NCBI GenBank assembly: GCA_022813865.1
Contig: JALDZX010000008.1
Coordinates: 1 to 64,000 of the forward strand
Source of the DNA: Xylographa opegraphella
Lineage: Eukaryota
Direction of reading: 5' to 3'
Length of the DNA: 64,000 nucleotides
Part shown: positions 60,734 to 64,000 of the stretch, piece by piece
Position numbering within the stretch: the stretch's first letter is position 1
Layout of the letters: each line of letters begins with the position of its first letter
Notes under the pieces: model-generated
What the model was told of the DNA's origin: nothing
Database searches by the model: none
The model's input: only the letters and a program-made list of their open reading frames with translations
Position numbers and translations under genes: made by a program

Positions 60734-63598
60734 GATGCAGTTCGATTCTGGTCAATCGATACGACTACTTGCAATTGGGTGTGACGTGCTGGCAAGCAAA
60801 GGATGACACCACTGCTCTCGCGGACAGAACGCGTTCGTGATCCTGCGAAATGCAGGTCAGCAGAAGCCCCCATAATTATCTGAAAAGCCATCTCTTAGGA
60901 CAGTGTGAAGCTCTTCCTTCGATAAGAGGAGCTCTAGGAACAACTCACAATGCTTGTAGCTCCTTGAAGGCCGGAGCTGATCCGGACCGTGCGGAATATC
61001 AATGAGACCGCGGCTTGCTTCTCGGTGCGAGGGTGCGGAGTTTTGGAAAGAAGTGGTACTTAGATATGCACGGGTAACGCGTTGCAGTTGATACGCTAAT
61101 TGCTTTCGAGGATAGCATGGTGCGACGGAGCTTGCGTCGATGAATTTAGGTAAGAAATGAAGCCGTCACAACACTTTTAAGCCCGCTCTATAGCTACATC
61201 TAACATAATAACACAGAATATTCCCTGGGTCCCAAATGGAAGCTGAAATCGAGTCAATCTTGGGAAATTAGCGAATCAGCTACTCGGATCTGACTGGCTT
61301 ATAACTCCTCGATACATTTTCCCCTTCGAAAAGTCGATGCTGAAGTGACCCACCCTTGTTCTGGCCAGTCTACAGTTGCAGTGCAAGGCTAAAGTACCTG
61401 AATGTATCTACAGTTCAAGCACTACCTCATATATGTCTCTTGGATGCGGAGTCTTTGCTCAAATTGGTTATGCTGATTGCCTTCATTTGCACATCATTAT
61501 ACGACGTCTGCTCTTTTCCTTCAGCATTTGTGCCGAAACTCGTAGACCAGAAATCTGAACCAAGAGTAGAACTTCCGGTGAGCTCGCTCATCAATCAAAG
61601 TCTCACTTCGGAATAGCTCCGGTCTTCGAAATGGCTCGTGGTTCGTGGGCCATGCTATTATTGTAAACGGCAGATCAACGCAGGGATTACGGCCAAGCTT
61701 TCTTTAGAGTGTCGGGGAGCCGTCATAGGCGCGGGGCCCACTTAATCGAGGCCGTTCACGACCTTACGATGAATACATGCAGGATATTTCATGCAATGAT
61801 GTTTAAGTGCATGGAAATACGGAGCTTTGACGGGTAATGATTAGGCAAGATACGTAAATGGTCTGCTTAGACCGACAGTCGAGAATATCATATCAGAAAG
61901 ACCGACAACGGCCGCCCGCGAATGGGGCTCATTCGGGAGTGTACCGCAACGTTGGACGTGTATCGTGCCGTTACTGGTCGTATATCGACGACATCTAATG
62001 CACATTCCTTGAGTAGAGACTATAGCGCTGCAGTCACGACGATAGCAGTCTTCTCCCCGAAAATCGCTGGCCAAATCAGGAGAACTAAGCTTACTGTGGT
62101 CTTTGACAAAGAGTCGAATGACAGTAGGAATGGAGAGGACGAAGAGACGTCACGATACAGCTTGCACGTGCTCCGTAATCTCGAGGTGTGAGATTGCCCT
62201 CATAATCTGTACTCGACTTTGGGAGAAGATGCATCATGATCACTGCTATTGGAAGACCTGACGCAGATGTCTACAAAGCTGGATGACTGTAAAAGAGTGA
62301 GAATCTGCATTCATTCATTCGATATACTTACAGCCAAGGCATGAATTGAAAATACAGTCTCGGGTACCTCACCGCTTCGACGTATGCAGTGAAGCCGGAT
62401 GGAAACTGGTTGACGTCTGCATGAGCGTGCAAGAGTAGCTGGAAGAAGTAGGTCATGGAGCAGTAGTGGGTGTATTGCTCCGATATGGATGAGCGGTCGC
62501 GTCCAGTCATCATACATGAGGGATTTTCGCTAGCTCGCATAGCCACGCTGAAGAAGCGTCGCAGGCCCGTCTGCAGTGAGAGAGCCCGAGTTCCGACCCT
62601 TTTGTGCACTTGCTCCCTCGACAACTTCGCAAGCAAGCTCGGGCGGGTTACCTTAGGGTGATCATCGCATGCGCCCAGTCGCCCAGTGGCCGGGCAACAT
62701 GGGCCGTTGGACTCTCGGTCGCATCAGGAATCGGGGCGGGTAGGATGGTCTGTATAGGCTGGTTCCAGCGACTGGAAAGGCAACAGTAGTGCTTCGAACA
62801 CTCGAGCCATTGAGCAGCTGGTCTGACATAGTAGCATCTTATAATTCGCTCACCACAAAAAGTCCCATAACCGCATCGCGCAGTCCCGTGTCGCGGGAGT
62901 ACCGTGATCGTCGTGGAGTAGATAACTAGGGAGAGTACGAAGTAGATCCGGAGCTGAACAGCGTCGACTGTGCTCCGTAGCCTGCTCGCATCTGTGTGCT
63001 CCGTACCTGCCAAGGACTGGCGGCAGAGGGCAGTGTGCAGTTCGCATGATGGTACAGTGTGGGATGAACGATGGACGATGACTGCGACAGAGTACGGTAA
63101 GGTAGTCTAGACACTTTAGTTGGCTGCTCCTCGAAGAGTGCCGTGGGTGAGCGGTGGTCGGCTGGCGGCCTTGGCCACTGTCCACGTTAAAATCCCACTC
63201 TCTCCGCCCGCATGTCCTTCTTAACTACTCCCCACTCGTCTTTCCTATCCAGCGGCGAAATACGGGCTATCAGTCACACGCCATTTTGGCCGTCCTTACC
63301 ACCAGTTGGTGTCTTGCTGGCACCAGTACGGTGTGAGGCTCGGCCCTTCCTGTACAGTCTGCTTCCAAGCATCGTCTCAGGCGTTCGGCGGACTTCTTCT
63401 CCTACACATTCTCCACGATTGGCGTTCTTCATTCAGTACAATACCCCACCACGCATCTTTCTACTGTATCTGCTATTTCCTTTTCTGATTTCGACTCCAT
63501 CTGCTTGATTCGAGTCTCAAAGCTGCTCTCGTTGCCCCGGTCACTTGACAAGGGGCACACCCATTGAGGCCCGACATCTGGACCTCTTGACCACAGTA

Positions 63599-64000
63599 AT
63601 GTTGATCGATGGCGAAAAATTTGCTTGTGATGCATGTGTGAGGGGTCATCGGGTCAGCAACTGTCAACACAGCGGTGGGTATCTGCATCGCCTTTCGTTA
63701 ACCGGCATGAGCCTCGACTAACGAAATCTCTCATCAATAGACCGACCGCTGATACATATTAACAAGAAGGGTCGTCCGGTGTCGCAATGTCCCCATTGTC
63801 GAGGCCTGCGCAAATCCCGTGCTTCACATGTGAAGTGCGATTGCGGGGAGAAACCTCATGGCAAGGAAGACTGCGTACATCTGGAGAAGGGCGACTCGAA
63901 AAGTGAGCATGGTGATGAGTGTGTCGATATAGTGTCTGATCTTAGCACAGTGGATCACCATATCTGCTGCTGCACCCATGGAGCTCGTTGCACATGCGCA
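63599..64000 (+). CDS. Copper-fist transcription factor, Ace1/Cup2/AceA-like (5' part, runs off the window)
   Basis: Spliced MLIDGEKFACDACVRGHRVSNCQHS|DRPLIHINKKGRPVSQCPHCRGLRKSRASHVKCDC: the copper-fist CxxCxRGHR and KGRP motifs. Missed by the ORF track because of introns. Confidence 0.95.

Noticed and set aside
60592..60891. Overlapping upstream ORF ahead of the Zn2Cys6 gene as a regulatory uORF
   Set aside because: Its ATG falls inside a likely 5'-UTR intron (about 60948-60843) and would be spliced out.

Overview
Gene-dense, intron-containing DNA from a filamentous ascomycete (Pezizomycotina; GT-AG introns with CTRAC/CTAAY branch points), with one assembly gap at 55148-55190. Recognisable genes in order: PEX11, ENP2/NOL10, MED13, an Fe-ADH/maleylacetate-reductase-like gene, alanine aminotransferase, an uncharacterised Cys/His protein, mitochondrial bL33, a large coiled-coil protein, RPN7, NOT4, NDUFS3, a CtvD/AurD-like membrane protein, BUD22, a sugar/polyol porter, NSE2, the 2-oxoglutarate/malate carrier, a secreted Pro/Thr-rich protein, a KpsF/GutQ-like SIS protein, an Rgt1/McrA-like Zn2Cys6 factor and the 5' end of an Ace1-type copper-fist factor. 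An accessory, decaying block at about 33.4-41.7 kb holds a frameshifted GFA gene, two remnant copies of one NUDIX gene and a pseudogenised secreted zincin-SGNH-FG-GAP fusion. Best leads: (1) NOT4 has two phase-matched donors, one distal acceptor and a stop-terminated read-through exon, which allows three C-termini; (2) a GC-AG intron appears to gate a mitochondrial presequence on ALT; (3) the NUDIX-bracketed pseudogene island; (4) recurrent C-rich to G-rich skew switches. I recognised no tRNA, rRNA, intact transposase or CRISPR array. All calls were made by eye, with no database searches.
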